A stretch of DNA of 64,000 nt. Origin: a virus (Duplodnaviria > Heunggongvirae > Uroviricota > Caudoviricetes). Location of the stretch: the IMG/VR virus record IMGVR_UViG_3300035696_001272; one strand, written 5' to 3'. Positions 44,841-55,126 of the stretch are shown piece by piece. The first letter of the stretch is position 1; each line of letters starts with the position of its first letter. Below the pieces are notes generated by a model, which saw nothing but the letters and a program-made list of their open reading frames with translations, ran no database searches and was not told the origin of the DNA. Made by a program: the position numbers and the translations under genes.

Positions 44841-45762
44841 TCTGAGCTTGATTTTCTCTGAACCATTGAATAGTTTTACGCAAGCCAGTTACCAAATCAG
44901 TCTTAGCGGTCCAGCCCAACAATTCGCGGGCTCGGGTAATGTCTAACATTCTCTTTGGCTGACCATCGGAGACTTCTCCAGTAAATACAATTTCGCCTTG
45001 ATACTCTGTTAAATCTTTAACAAGATAGGCTAGATCTCTGATAGAAATATCTTCGCCAATGCCTAAGTTGATTGGCAGGTTGGTGTCAAGACCACTATTT
45101 ATTGCCTTGGCGATGGCTTCTGCCGTATCTCCAGCATAGAGGAACTCTCTAGTGGCTTCACCAGTTCCCCAGCATTTTACAGTTTTGCTATTGGTCTGAA
45201 TTGCCTCTTCAAATTTACGGACAAGAGCAGGAATAACGTGGCTGTAAGTGAGATCAAAAGAATCATATTCGCCATACATATTTACTGGTATAAGGTGAGC
45301 GCCTGCAAGATTGTATTGCTGACGATATGTTTGTCCCAGCATCATTAAGGTTCTTTTAGCCTGTCCATATGGGAAGTTTGTCTCTTCAGCGGCCCCGTTC
45401 CAAATGTCATCTTCTTTAAAAGGGGCAGGGCAAAACTTGGGATATGCGCACACTGAACCTAGTGAGTAAACTTTTGGCACACCATAAATACGAGCTGCTT
45501 CATAAACGTTGAGGGCCATCTGAGTGTTGTCTCTCAGAAAATCAGCAGGATTGATACGATTTCCAAGAATACCCGCGCACTTGGCAGCCATGTGCAAAAT
45601 GACATCTGGCCGATAGCGCCCTACATTATCTTCGAAATTAGAAAAATCTAGCACGTTTAATTCCTTACTTGATGGTGCCCAGACTTCGTGTTGATCGCCT
45701 TTTAATTTAGGAACTACATGTTTTCCAAGAAATCCAGTTCCTCCAGTTACTAATATCCTCAT
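44818..45762 (-). CDS. fcl: GDP-L-fucose synthase (GDP-4-keto-6-deoxymannose 3,5-epimerase/4-reductase)
   Basis: ILVTGGTGFLG; PYGQAK (YxxxK); SHVIPALVRKF, WGTGEATREFL, DGQPKRMLD colinear with E. coli Fcl. Confidence 0.8.
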   Translation of the reverse strand: MRILVTGGTGFLGKHVVPKLKGDQHEVWAPSSKELNVLDFSNFEDNVGRYRPDVILHMAAKCAGILGNRINPADFLRDNTQMALNVYEAARIYGVPKVYSLGSVCAYPKFCPAPFKEDDIWNGAAEETNFPYGQAKRTLMMLGQTYRQQYNLAGAHLIPVNMYGEYDSFDLTYSHVIPALVRKFEEAIQTNSKTVKCWGTGEATREFLYAGDTAEAIAKAINSGLDTNLPINLGIGEDISIRDLAYLVKDLTEYQGEIVFTGEVSDGQPKRMLDITRARELLGWTAKTDLVTGLRKTIQWFRENQAQIIGQDAS

Positions 45763-46763
45763 TTATGATGATCCTTTATTGTCTTTTCCTTACGAGCCAA
45801 TTCTAAATCAAATTTAATCATTTCATCAACCAAGTCTTCAAAACTATAAACTGGTTCCCAACCTAGTTTAGTTATTAGTTTAGTTGGGTCTCCACATAGG
45901 GCATCTACTTCTGATGGTCTTAAATAACGGGGATCAAATTCAACATATTGAGAATAATCCAAGCCAAGCTTAGAGAAGACCAACTGAGCAAACTCTTTGA
46001 CTGAATGCATCTCACCGCTGGCCACCACAAAATCATCTGCCTGTGGCGCTGTAATAATTTTATACATTGCTTCAGCCACATCTGCGGCATGTGACCAGTC
46101 TCGCTTAGCATCTAAATTACCAAGATAAAGTTTGTCCTGCAATCCGAGTTTGATTCTGGTAGCAGCCATTGTGATCTTACGAGTCACGAAGGTTTCGCCT
46201 CTACGTGGAGATTCGTGATTGAAAGAAATAGCATTACAGGCATGTAATCCGTAAGCTTCTCGATAGTTTACAGTGGCGAAGAAGCCTGCCACCTTAGCGA
46301 CTCCATAAGGAGAGCGAGGATGGAATGGCGTGTTTTCGCTCTGAGGTGGTGGTATAGAGCCAAACATTTCCGAGCTAGAGGCTGTCAAGAATTTTGTTTG
46401 TGGACTATTTTTACGAATAGCCTCCAACACTCTTATGACACCAGTACCAGTTACATCCATTGTGTACTCTGGAATATCAAAGCTAACACGCACGTGGCTT
46501 TGAGCGCCCATATTGAAAAACAAATCCGGCTTTATATCGCCTACCCAGCTTGCCAGCGATGAGTAGTCAGATAGATCACCATAGATCATTTCCAGCATAG
46601 TACTATCAACATGAGGATCAGAGTACACGTGATCAATACGGTCAGTATTAATTGAACTACTACGGCGCTTCAAGCCATAAACTTTGTAACCCTTGGCTAT
46701 TAAAGAGTCACATAGGTAAGAACCGGTTTGTCCTGTTATTCCTGTAATACATGCTGTGGGCAT
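45759..46763 (-). CDS. gmd: GDP-mannose 4,6-dehydratase
   Basis: CITGITGQTGSYL, YGVAKVAGF..NYREAYGL, NHESPRRGETFVTRKIT. Confidence 0.8.
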   Translation of the reverse strand: MPTACITGITGQTGSYLCDSLIAKGYKVYGLKRRSSSINTDRIDHVYSDPHVDSTMLEMIYGDLSDYSSLASWVGDIKPDLFFNMGAQSHVRVSFDIPEYTMDVTGTGVIRVLEAIRKNSPQTKFLTASSSEMFGSIPPPQSENTPFHPRSPYGVAKVAGFFATVNYREAYGLHACNAISFNHESPRRGETFVTRKITMAATRIKLGLQDKLYLGNLDAKRDWSHAADVAEAMYKIITAPQADDFVVASGEMHSVKEFAQLVFSKLGLDYSQYVEFDPRYLRPSEVDALCGDPTKLITKLGWEPVYSFEDLVDEMIKFDLELARKEKTIKDHHK

Positions 46764-47770
46764 ATTTCTTCTCCTGTAGATTCTTCTGCCATAGGCATTT
46801 CTTCTACAATAGGCAACATCTTTTCTTCTACAGGCATTTCTTCCTTCGGAGAAAAGGTTTCTATTATTTTATTGTAAACCCTTTTGACATCAGCAATGTA
46901 ATGAAGCCCGTAGGGGTCTCTCAAATTTGCTTCGACCTTGTTCAAAAAATCTTCATACTTTGCATCATCATATTCTTCCATAGCTTTTACTAAGCCTGGA
47001 CAGTCGATATTGTAATATCTTCCTTCTTTTTGTACGAATCTTCTCAAATCAAGATATGGAGGAATATTAAAACTATCAATGTTGTAGCAACCCATGTAAA
47101 GAGGAATAGTTCCAGCTAGCAAGACATCTGGCATCTTCTCACTGAAAAAATTGTAGCTGAATATTGGGTCGTATGAATTTTCGCAACATATTGAAAACCT
47201 TGCACTTTTCAAAGTCTCTATCTTGTTATTCGTGTCAAGCTTTCCACGATAGTATGGCTTTGGTACAAATGAATTGCCGTACCAAGAAACTTTGAACTTA
47301 GTATAGTTACTCAAATAATCTGCTAACCCCATTCTCAACGAATATAATTCTGAAGGATGTTTTGATGTTTTGTTATTAGCAACAAATACTACTTCGTTTG
47401 ATTTTAGTTTCCAAGGCAACCAGTTCTTGCGTAAATAGTCTGGATCAGTATAGCTAACACTGTAATAGTTAACTTCTACAACTTTGTCGTGAAGTGACAT
47501 ATGTTCAAATGCTTTGACAGCCCAAGTGAAGATCTTATTATATCTAGATACATAATCAAAGTTATAGTCTTTTTCATTAACACATCGTGGTTCTATAATT
47601 AGGATACTATCATCTGGATCTGGATTAGGAATTGAATACCAATTAACTCCGACATTATGAGTCCCAAAAATCTTTTTATCGGAATAAGTAATTCTAGCGC
47701 GTTCATCTTCGAATGCAACATATGAATTAGGTAAGTTGGAATATACAATTGTTATTTCTAATTTAGACAT
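46736..47770 (-). CDS. alpha-1,3-fucosyltransferase (GT10 family)
   Basis: FSICCENSYDPIFSYNFFSEK matches the GT10 motif (F.FENS...GY.TEK). Start taken at the MSKLEI Met abutting the upstream stop (track ORF extends to 47836). Confidence 0.55.
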   Translation of the reverse strand: MSKLEITIVYSNLPNSYVAFEDERARITYSDKKIFGTHNVGVNWYSIPNPDPDDSILIIEPRCVNEKDYNFDYVSRYNKIFTWAVKAFEHMSLHDKVVEVNYYSVSYTDPDYLRKNWLPWKLKSNEVVFVANNKTSKHPSELYSLRMGLADYLSNYTKFKVSWYGNSFVPKPYYRGKLDTNNKIETLKSARFSICCENSYDPIFSYNFFSEKMPDVLLAGTIPLYMGCYNIDSFNIPPYLDLRRFVQKEGRYYNIDCPGLVKAMEEYDDAKYEDFLNKVEANLRDPYGLHYIADVKRVYNKIIETFSPKEEMPVEEKMLPIVEEMPMAEESTGEEICPQHVLQE

Positions 47771-48678
47771 TATGCTCTCTTGAAAAAGTTGAGGGTAGAT
47801 TGTATACCGGCATCGATTGTCCAACCAGAATTCCATCCCTTTGAAATTAATTTGTCTGCACTTAACATAGTATATAGCATTTCGCCAGGCACAGCGTCAG
47901 CATGGATTACTTGTGATGTACTATTAAGCATGTTTAGTATCTTATCAGCGACTTGGTTTACGCTCGTTTGTGTATTGGAACTGACATTGAAGATGCCATC
48001 TAATTCAGACTCCATCGCCAACATATTAGCGGAGACTACATCATCTATATATACAAAGTCTCTGGTTTGTTCTCCATCACCAAAAATAGTCAGATTTTTA
48101 TTCTCCAAAGCATTGTTTATGAAGATAGAAATTACTCCAGCCTCTCCTTTAGCATTTTGGCGCGGCCCATAGACATTGCTGTACCTCAATACAGTGTATT
48201 GCAATCCATGTATCTTGCGAAACATCTCTAGGTACTTTTCTATTGTTAATTTGGCCAATCCATATGGAGACTCTGGTTTTGCTTCAGATGATTCCGTAAA
48301 AGGCAGAGCGGCATCAACCGAATAGATAGCTCCACCTGTAGAAGAAAAGATTACTCTTTTGACTTTATGCCTGACACAGTTTTCTAAGACATTAAGACTA
48401 CCTACGATATTAGTCAGAGCATCTTGCTGAGGTTCCCTAATGGAATGTCGTAAATTAATTTGAGCTGCTAAGTGGAAGACGTAATCAAAGTTATACTTAG
48501 CAAATAAATCATCGAGAGAATCAGTGATACTTCTCTTTATGAAAATACCGCCATGTATGTTATCAAAATTGCCCGTTGACAGATTGTCTATTATAATTAC
48601 TTCATGACCGAGTTTAACTAGTGCATCAACTACATGGCTTCCAATAAATCCAGCACCACCGGTAACTAAAATGTTCAT
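47770..48678 (-). CDS. NAD-dependent sugar epimerase/dehydratase (GalE-like extended SDR)
   Basis: ILVTGGAGFIGSH; YGLAK. Confidence 0.65.
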   Translation of the reverse strand: MNILVTGGAGFIGSHVVDALVKLGHEVIIIDNLSTGNFDNIHGGIFIKRSITDSLDDLFAKYNFDYVFHLAAQINLRHSIREPQQDALTNIVGSLNVLENCVRHKVKRVIFSSTGGAIYSVDAALPFTESSEAKPESPYGLAKLTIEKYLEMFRKIHGLQYTVLRYSNVYGPRQNAKGEAGVISIFINNALENKNLTIFGDGEQTRDFVYIDDVVSANMLAMESELDGIFNVSSNTQTSVNQVADKILNMLNSTSQVIHADAVPGEMLYTMLSADKLISKGWNSGWTIDAGIQSTLNFFKRA

Positions 48679-48679
48679 G

Positions 48680-49786
48680 TTATTTGCTTTTTATATAGTG
48701 ATTGAGGGTGTCCAATATATGATTCTGTTCCGCACCGCTCAACTCTGGATAGCTAGGTAAAATGAAACACTCTCTATTAAGAGTTTCAGCATTGGTGCAA
48801 TCACCATACGATACAACACAGTTATTGACCAAATGTGTGTGAGCGCTGATAGGGTAAAACATTGGTCGTATCTCTATATCATTGGCTTTGAAATATGCTT
48901 CTGCTTTATCGTAGCTACCATTGCTAGGAACTCTGACACCAAACATCCAGTTCGAGTGCTCAGTATTAGGAGCTTGCTTTTGGATGAACACATCTTCCCT
49001 ATTATTTAGAGCATTACAATAATTACCAAAAACAACTTTTTTCATATCAATAATATCTGGTAATATTTCTAATTGACCAAATAGAATAGCTGCCTGTATA
49101 TTAGTCATTCTATAATTATAACCAAGCTCTTTATGAACGAATCGTTTGTCAGATTGCCCTTGCCCATATAAACATTTCGCAAAAAAATAAGCATCCTCAT
49201 CGTTGGTAACGAAAGCTCCACCTTCTCCACTGGTTATGTTCTTGTTTCCAAAGAAGGAAATAGCGGAGGCGTAGCTGGCAGTGCCGGAGTATTGATCTTC
49301 ATAGGTTCCTAAAAAACCTTCACAGTTATCCTCTACAAATAAAGTGTTAGGATATTTTCTTTTTAATTCTGGAACATTGATAATGTTTCCGATGTTGTGA
49401 ACTACTAACACAGCAGCACTGGGACACATTTTGATAGTTTGATCCAGCTTTTCTAAATCATAATTCCAAGTATCAAGTTCGCACTCTACAGCAAATAATT
49501 CATAGCTAGAGTCAAATAAAAAGGCATTCCAGGCAGCCACATATACATTGTTTGGGACGATGATGGCATTTTTACCGTGTTTAGTCGAGAGGCACTTTGC
49601 TAATAAATGACAGGCGCTTGTGCCATTGTTTAATGGTAAAACGTATTTGACTCCTAATAATTCTTGTAGCTTTTCTTGTACCATCACTAAATACTTACCG
49701 TGCGAAGAAAGCCAAGTTGAATCTATAGCATCGTGTACATGCTTAAGAGAGCTGGAAGGTAAGTATGGTTTGTAAACGGGGATCAT
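48680..49786 (-). CDS. DegT/DnrJ/EryC1/StrS-family PLP sugar aminotransferase (GDP-perosamine synthase-like)
   Basis: LPLNNGTSACH; SFFGNKNITSGEGGAF (PLP-Lys region). Confidence 0.65.
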   Translation of the reverse strand: MIPVYKPYLPSSSLKHVHDAIDSTWLSSHGKYLVMVQEKLQELLGVKYVLPLNNGTSACHLLAKCLSTKHGKNAIIVPNNVYVAAWNAFLFDSSYELFAVECELDTWNYDLEKLDQTIKMCPSAAVLVVHNIGNIINVPELKRKYPNTLFVEDNCEGFLGTYEDQYSGTASYASAISFFGNKNITSGEGGAFVTNDEDAYFFAKCLYGQGQSDKRFVHKELGYNYRMTNIQAAILFGQLEILPDIIDMKKVVFGNYCNALNNREDVFIQKQAPNTEHSNWMFGVRVPSNGSYDKAEAYFKANDIEIRPMFYPISAHTHLVNNCVVSYGDCTNAETLNRECFILPSYPELSGAEQNHILDTLNHYIKSK

Positions 49787-50436
49787 TTAGATTTGATAGC
49801 TATTCCAACACCAGGCATATTTTTTTCATAGTTATGATATTCTAAATCTGGGAAAATGCTCCTCATACCATCGAAAACTTCTTTTAATCCTGCTAGGACG
49901 ATATCATCAAATAATAGAATGCCACCAGGACTTAGATGCGGTATAACATTTACAAGATCATCAATAGCGCCTTCTCTGGAGTGATCTCCATCTACCAATA
50001 TTAAATCAAATTGCATCGTCGGGTTCTTTTGGAAGAATTCTGGTATTGTCTTATGACTATCTCCACTAATGAAATGAATCTCTTTTTGATAACCTAATTT
50101 CCTCATTTCATTACCTACAAAATCTGGTCCTGGATTAGCAATACCGGCATAGTCGTATTGCCACATATCAAAACTGTAAATCTCACACTCTGGTACCGTA
50201 GCGCAGACCATGCCCAATGACCACCCTCTTCTAGTGCCTATCTCTAGATAGTTTTTAGGATGAATTTTTTTGGCAGCCCAATACACAAAGCTTCTAGTTT
50301 CAGCTTGCCCATTATTTAGTAAATTCATTAGTTCAGGACCAATTACCAAATCAGGAGTCATTGTGTTAATTATTTTCTGGACAGCTTGAAAATTTTCGGG
50401 TCTTAAAACTTCTTGGAATAATTCTTCAGATTGCAT
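49783..50436 (-). CDS. class I SAM-dependent (O-)methyltransferase
   Basis: LEIGTRRGWS; LILVDGDHS. Confidence 0.55.
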   Translation of the reverse strand: MQSEELFQEVLRPENFQAVQKIINTMTPDLVIGPELMNLLNNGQAETRSFVYWAAKKIHPKNYLEIGTRRGWSLGMVCATVPECEIYSFDMWQYDYAGIANPGPDFVGNEMRKLGYQKEIHFISGDSHKTIPEFFQKNPTMQFDLILVDGDHSREGAIDDLVNVIPHLSPGGILLFDDIVLAGLKEVFDGMRSIFPDLEYHNYEKNMPGVGIAIKSK

Positions 50437-50446
50437 TTCGCCGCCT

Positions 50447-50773
50447 TTAATATGTTTTATGTTTTCTTTGCAAAAATTTACCGTTATCTAACTCTTCGCC
50501 TGACTGTGCGGCTTCCACGATCTCTATAATTTTTTCGTCAACTTCATCAATTAGCTGATTGCGCTGCACATTCAAATCACAAGCTTTTTTGAGGCTATCC
50601 CATAAAATTTGGGCACCTTCTTCAGAAAAGTATTTTGCTTTATACTCTTCGAAAGTCATTCGACGAATCTCGTAAAGCAATTCTTGATTGTTCCACATTT
50701 TCAAGTCGATTGTAATTAACTTATCAATCAACCCTCCAAGAGTATCAGCCATGGTTTTTCTCCCTGTATTCAT
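50447..50773 (-). CDS. hypothetical protein
   Basis: 108 aa. Confidence 0.35.
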   Translation of the reverse strand: MNTGRKTMADTLGGLIDKLITIDLKMWNNQELLYEIRRMTFEEYKAKYFSEEGAQILWDSLKKACDLNVQRNQLIDEVDEKIIEIVEAAQSGEELDNGKFLQRKHKTY

Positions 50774-51311
50774 GTTCCAATTTTTCTAATCGCTCTCTAT
50801 TTCTGTAACCCAATACTCGTATTGGGCACCCCGCCACAATTGTGTATTCTGAAACGTCTTTACTAATTAAGCTTAACGCTCCTACCGAAGATCCAACTTT
50901 TAGGGTAATATTCGGTAAAATGACACTGCCACAACCGACTATGACGTGTCTCTCTAAAGTAACTGGTCCGGCTTCTACCTTCTTATACTCATCTGGTACG
51001 GTAGGACCAGTTAAATATCCTTCTTTATAATCATCTGTAGCTGTAAAAATATTGCATCGCGCCGCCATTCCTACAAAATCTTCTAGGGTAATAAGCCCAC
51101 CATTACCAGCGAGTTGTACATTGAATGCAATATGTACATTGTTGCCTATGATGATTCCCTTACCGGCAGATAAAAAAGATAGAGCATCAATTCTAACATT
51201 GGAACCAATATGAATATTTTCTGGGTGAATGAACTGAACTGAGGAGTCAATCTGGACGTTTTCTCCACAACTGCCAAAGCGCTTCAAATCTTCTTTCGAT
51301 AATGTTTTCAT
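50745..51311 (-). CDS. hexapeptide-repeat (LbH) sugar N/O-acetyltransferase
   Basis: Repeated [LIV]G..[ST]x..V hexapeptides (IGSNVRIDALSFLSAGKGIIIGNNVHIAFN). Confidence 0.55.
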   Translation of the reverse strand: MKTLSKEDLKRFGSCGENVQIDSSVQFIHPENIHIGSNVRIDALSFLSAGKGIIIGNNVHIAFNVQLAGNGGLITLEDFVGMAARCNIFTATDDYKEGYLTGPTVPDEYKKVEAGPVTLERHVIVGCGSVILPNITLKVGSSVGALSLISKDVSEYTIVAGCPIRVLGYRNRERLEKLEHEYREKNHG

Positions 51312-51386
51312 TTGTTTTTCTAACCGTCAACGTGGTTATATCAATATTATTTTATCCCTATAGTGCTCGTCATGCGGATGCGGTAA

Positions 51387-52625
51387 ATGATGCTAAAAAC
51401 AACGTATCAAATTTTTGATTCTTCAGCCGGAAAAACAATAGTTTTCCGTAATCTTTATTTTATAGATGGGAAATTTATTTTTAATGGCACAGCATCTGGC
51501 TCTGAAATTGCTACTTATCCTAATGTTCATTATCGCCATACTAAACGTGAAACTTGGGCGCCCGCAATAATGGAATTGCCAGACCAAAATGATGTTCCAG
51601 TTGTTACAACTCCTCATTTTTATTTAAAAGAATCTGTCAACAATTACATAACTCACGCTTTAGCAGATGATGTGTTTTCTGTTTTTTATAGTCTCTATCG
51701 ATGTAGAATTAATTACAACCCATGCGTTTGTATCGTAGAAACATCTGGTGGCGAAACGTTTCATGATTGTAAAGGAATATTTAGATGTCTTTTTGGACAA
51801 GAAGCTATTGGACTTAATTGTCTTAAAGAAACATACTCACAAGTTTGTTTCGAAACTTTTGTTGTAGGAAATGGAGATTCTGGTTCCATTTCTTTCGATT
51901 CTAATTATGCAAGTCCATTTCAAGATAATATTTGGAGACAATTTAGGGATGCATATTACAAGGAATCTGAGATCGATTTAGAAGTAGGTAAGAAAATACT
52001 TTATGGGGATGCAGGCAAGTTTCCCATTCAAAGTGACCTTAAAGACATATTATTAACAAATAATGTTGAAATTATCCGCTGGGACTATGTAGGTGATATC
52101 AAAGAACAGTTAAGAATACTTAAAGGTGTCAAAATTTACATTACAACCGACGGTGCCCCGGCAATAAATACTATCTTTCTTCCAGATAATGCTATAGTAA
52201 TAAATTTGGGAAGAGTATATGCAAATGGAAATTATAGAGTTCTTGGCTATTGTTCATGCCCTCTTTTCCCAGCCCTATCTCACATAGATGTTTTTTATTT
52301 TGAAGATTATTATTTGAATTATCATAAAGCACAAGATCCTTATCCAAATCCGGGCGATTTAATGGATATGATTGAGTCTCTTAATGACAAACAAAAAAAA
52401 ACGCATCTATTACAAAGGCGTGCAGAAATTTATGATAATTTTGCCTTAAAGGTTATGAACAAAATCGACTGTGCCCTCAAGCTAAATAACTTTTCTCCGA
52501 ATGCCCGCTTGCTACTTGAAAATTATTCGAATCTTGAGGAAAGAGACAAAGTAATAGAAGAGCTTAAGCGAGGAAATACAACATTTGAGTGTAATGAAAA
52601 AGTTCGTCCATTTAGAGTACCTTGA
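51387..52625 (+). CDS. putative glycosyltransferase (GT61/DUF563-like)
   Basis: ITTDGAPAINTIFLPDNAIVINLG resembles the GT61 G.HGAGL.N..F.P.GA.VIE motif. Confidence 0.35.
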   Translation: MMLKTTYQIFDSSAGKTIVFRNLYFIDGKFIFNGTASGSEIATYPNVHYRHTKRETWAPAIMELPDQNDVPVVTTPHFYLKESVNNYITHALADDVFSVFYSLYRCRINYNPCVCIVETSGGETFHDCKGIFRCLFGQEAIGLNCLKETYSQVCFETFVVGNGDSGSISFDSNYASPFQDNIWRQFRDAYYKESEIDLEVGKKILYGDAGKFPIQSDLKDILLTNNVEIIRWDYVGDIKEQLRILKGVKIYITTDGAPAINTIFLPDNAIVINLGRVYANGNYRVLGYCSCPLFPALSHIDVFYFEDYYLNYHKAQDPYPNPGDLMDMIESLNDKQKKTHLLQRRAEIYDNFALKVMNKIDCALKLNNFSPNARLLLENYSNLEERDKVIEELKRGNTTFECNEKVRPFRVP

Positions 52626-52655
52626 GTGATGCAATGATATACATTTTGGAAGGAA

Positions 52656-53459
52656 ATGATGAAAAAGATAGTTAGCTATAGCCTTTACAACAACAGACCA
52701 AAAGACGTAATAAACGCCATTATCAACTGCCTCCTACTCCCTAAGATTTATCCCGATTGGACTGGTAGGTTTTATGTTGATGACACCATTCCTACCTGCA
52801 TAGATAAACTCCTCAGATCATTTGATTATATTGAAGTTATAAACATGCCGCGCCACAAAGGTAGCGAAGCTATGTTATGGAGATTTTTACCAGCCGCAGA
52901 ATATGATACCGTCATGATTTCCAGAGATGCTGACTCTTGGTTGTCAGTTAGAGAAAAGGTTTGTGTTGATCAGTGGCTTGCGAGCAACAAGAATTTTCAC
53001 ATCATTAGGGACCATTGCTATCATAGTCAGAAGATTATGGGCGGTATGTGGGGCGTAAGAAACTATATTTTACCTAAAATGGCTGAGGAAGTAGACGCTT
53101 TCTGCAAGACTGGCACATATGATCAGGGTTTCTTAGCTGATAGAATCTATCCTAACATTACCCATGACCTGATGGTACATTACGGTAATCCACAATACAA
53201 TAATCAAGGACAACTTGTCAATGGTTATTTTAATGATGGCGGCATTCCAATTCCTGCCTATCAAGAATGGGATGAACCAGTTCCAGGACTTTCATTCCGT
53301 GAAGCCAACACTATAAATACTTTTTTCTGTGCTCACTGCAAAAAACATCATGATGTTCTCATCGGTGGAATTACAGAGCACGTTCCACCTCGTGCTATGC
53401 AAGTGGTGAGGGACTACGCTGCAAACAAAGGAATCACTCTAGACTCTCCGCCATTCTGA
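52656..53459 (+). CDS. putative GT-A glycosyltransferase (DxD)
   Basis: MISRDADSW DxD-like motif; 267 aa. Confidence 0.3.
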   Translation: MMKKIVSYSLYNNRPKDVINAIINCLLLPKIYPDWTGRFYVDDTIPTCIDKLLRSFDYIEVINMPRHKGSEAMLWRFLPAAEYDTVMISRDADSWLSVREKVCVDQWLASNKNFHIIRDHCYHSQKIMGGMWGVRNYILPKMAEEVDAFCKTGTYDQGFLADRIYPNITHDLMVHYGNPQYNNQGQLVNGYFNDGGIPIPAYQEWDEPVPGLSFREANTINTFFCAHCKKHHDVLIGGITEHVPPRAMQVVRDYAANKGITLDSPPF

Positions 53460-54233
53460 TTAGTAGAAATACTTCAGAAACAGATCCATTCTTAGTTTGT
53501 GTCCAGCTGCAAAGACTGGGTTCTCAGCGTTCCATTGGGATCCCGCCATGTAGTGGTAGAATCCTTCAGCTACCCAACCAGCACTCAAACCGTGGGCTCT
53601 AGCGATTTCCAAATCAGCCTTATAATATTCTCCAAGCGGCTCACCTTCAAGCGTGCGTACAAAGTAAGAAATTTGATGGTTAGCCAAGAACTTAACTGCA
53701 TTGGGAAACTTTTGAATAAATTCTCTAGTTCTTCCGCCTGTATCTAGTCCTGGCTCTAAACCAAAATCCAAATCTTGAACATTACTCAAACGCTTCATAT
53801 TGACCATCGTAAGAGCGGGATAAAGGTAAGTAACGCCCACACCATTCCTAATCCTGAATTCTGTTGTAGCTGCGACGGTATGTTCTCCCAGAATTTCGGA
53901 AACATTGACATCACAAATAGGAAATACATCTGTATGTATGAGAACAATAATTTCGCAATTATTCTGGGGAGCATAGACATGCATTGCCCAGTTTAGTGTA
54001 GCGGCATAACCCTCGGAAGGGTTTTGAATTACGTGAATCTGCTGTGGGACTCTTACGCACTTGATATTGTTACACGCAGCTATCGTATTAATGTTGTGTT
54101 CCATCTGAACATCCATGGCATCATTAAATAAAATGAATTCAAAATCTTCTTTCATATACTTCTTGTATTGTCTGTGCATGACATCGATTGGAAACTTGTC
54201 ATTTACAGCAAAAGCAAAAATAGTTACTTTCAT
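53460..54233 (-). CDS. hypothetical protein (possible glycosyltransferase)
   Basis: 257 aa; convergent stops TGA/TTA at 53457-53462. Confidence 0.35.
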   Translation of the reverse strand: MKVTIFAFAVNDKFPIDVMHRQYKKYMKEDFEFILFNDAMDVQMEHNINTIAACNNIKCVRVPQQIHVIQNPSEGYAATLNWAMHVYAPQNNCEIIVLIHTDVFPICDVNVSEILGEHTVAATTEFRIRNGVGVTYLYPALTMVNMKRLSNVQDLDFGLEPGLDTGGRTREFIQKFPNAVKFLANHQISYFVRTLEGEPLGEYYKADLEIARAHGLSAGWVAEGFYHYMAGSQWNAENPVFAAGHKLRMDLFLKYFY

Positions 54234-55126
54234 ACAGACTCCATAGAGCTAACGGTTTTTTCCAGTCCGGCCTTTAATGATGTGAAAGAAATATCTGGCA
54301 TTATTGTTTTCAGATAAGAGTTGCTAACAGTTTTTATTAGGTTTCCATCTGATTTGCTAGTATCAAATTGTATTTGATTTTTGAAATTCAGCACCTCTGC
54401 TATTTGATTTGCCAACTCGGCAATAGTAATTTCAGTATCTGCACAACAAATGATTGGCTTGGTATCTGAGTAATTTACAACTAAATGTTTGATTATTCTA
54501 GCTAAATCAAGAGAGTAAATGAATTGTCGTAATGGTTTTCCTGTTCCATTGATTACTACATCTGTATTATCTTTAGATGCCTTTTTAAATTTAGTGATGA
54601 GATTAGGGATTAATCGACCTGAGCTTAGATTATCGTTTGGCCCATAGATATTGCAGGGAATAATTCCAAAATATTTTTTCTCATATTGAGTATTATAATT
54701 TTGACATTGTAATTCTAGCATTCTCTTGGAATAAGAATAGCCGGCAAAAGCGCCAGTTAAATGACCATCAAAAATCATTGATTCATCCATTGGGAAAGCT
54801 TTTGGCTTTTCAGGGAACATATTCACAGAAAGACAGAACATGCCCCTCTCCACTCCCGCCAAGCTAGAAGCCTCTAGCACATTTTCATTTATTCTTACGT
54901 TGCTGGAAAAGGAGGCAACCCTGTCAATGTTGTAAAAACCCGGAACGTAGGATGCCAGATGAACCACATAGTCTGGATCAATTCTTTTGAACATCTCAAT
55001 AGTGTGCTCTTTATTCGTAAGATCACAATCTCGCCTATCGGCAAAGAACCAGTTGTCTTCGCCTTCACACACGGATTTCAAAGCGCTTCCTACACAGCCA
55101 TTGCTGCCTGTCACAAGAATTTTCAT
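54230..55126 (-). CDS. Fcl-like NAD(P)-dependent sugar epimerase/reductase
   Basis: ILVTGSNGCVGS; YSYSK; NIYGPNDN...IPNLITKF parallels Fcl (LYGPHDN..IPALLRRF). Confidence 0.55.
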   Translation of the reverse strand: MKILVTGSNGCVGSALKSVCEGEDNWFFADRRDCDLTNKEHTIEMFKRIDPDYVVHLASYVPGFYNIDRVASFSSNVRINENVLEASSLAGVERGMFCLSVNMFPEKPKAFPMDESMIFDGHLTGAFAGYSYSKRMLELQCQNYNTQYEKKYFGIIPCNIYGPNDNLSSGRLIPNLITKFKKASKDNTDVVINGTGKPLRQFIYSLDLARIIKHLVVNYSDTKPIICCADTEITIAELANQIAEVLNFKNQIQFDTSKSDGNLIKTVSNSYLKTIMPDISFTSLKAGLEKTVSSMESV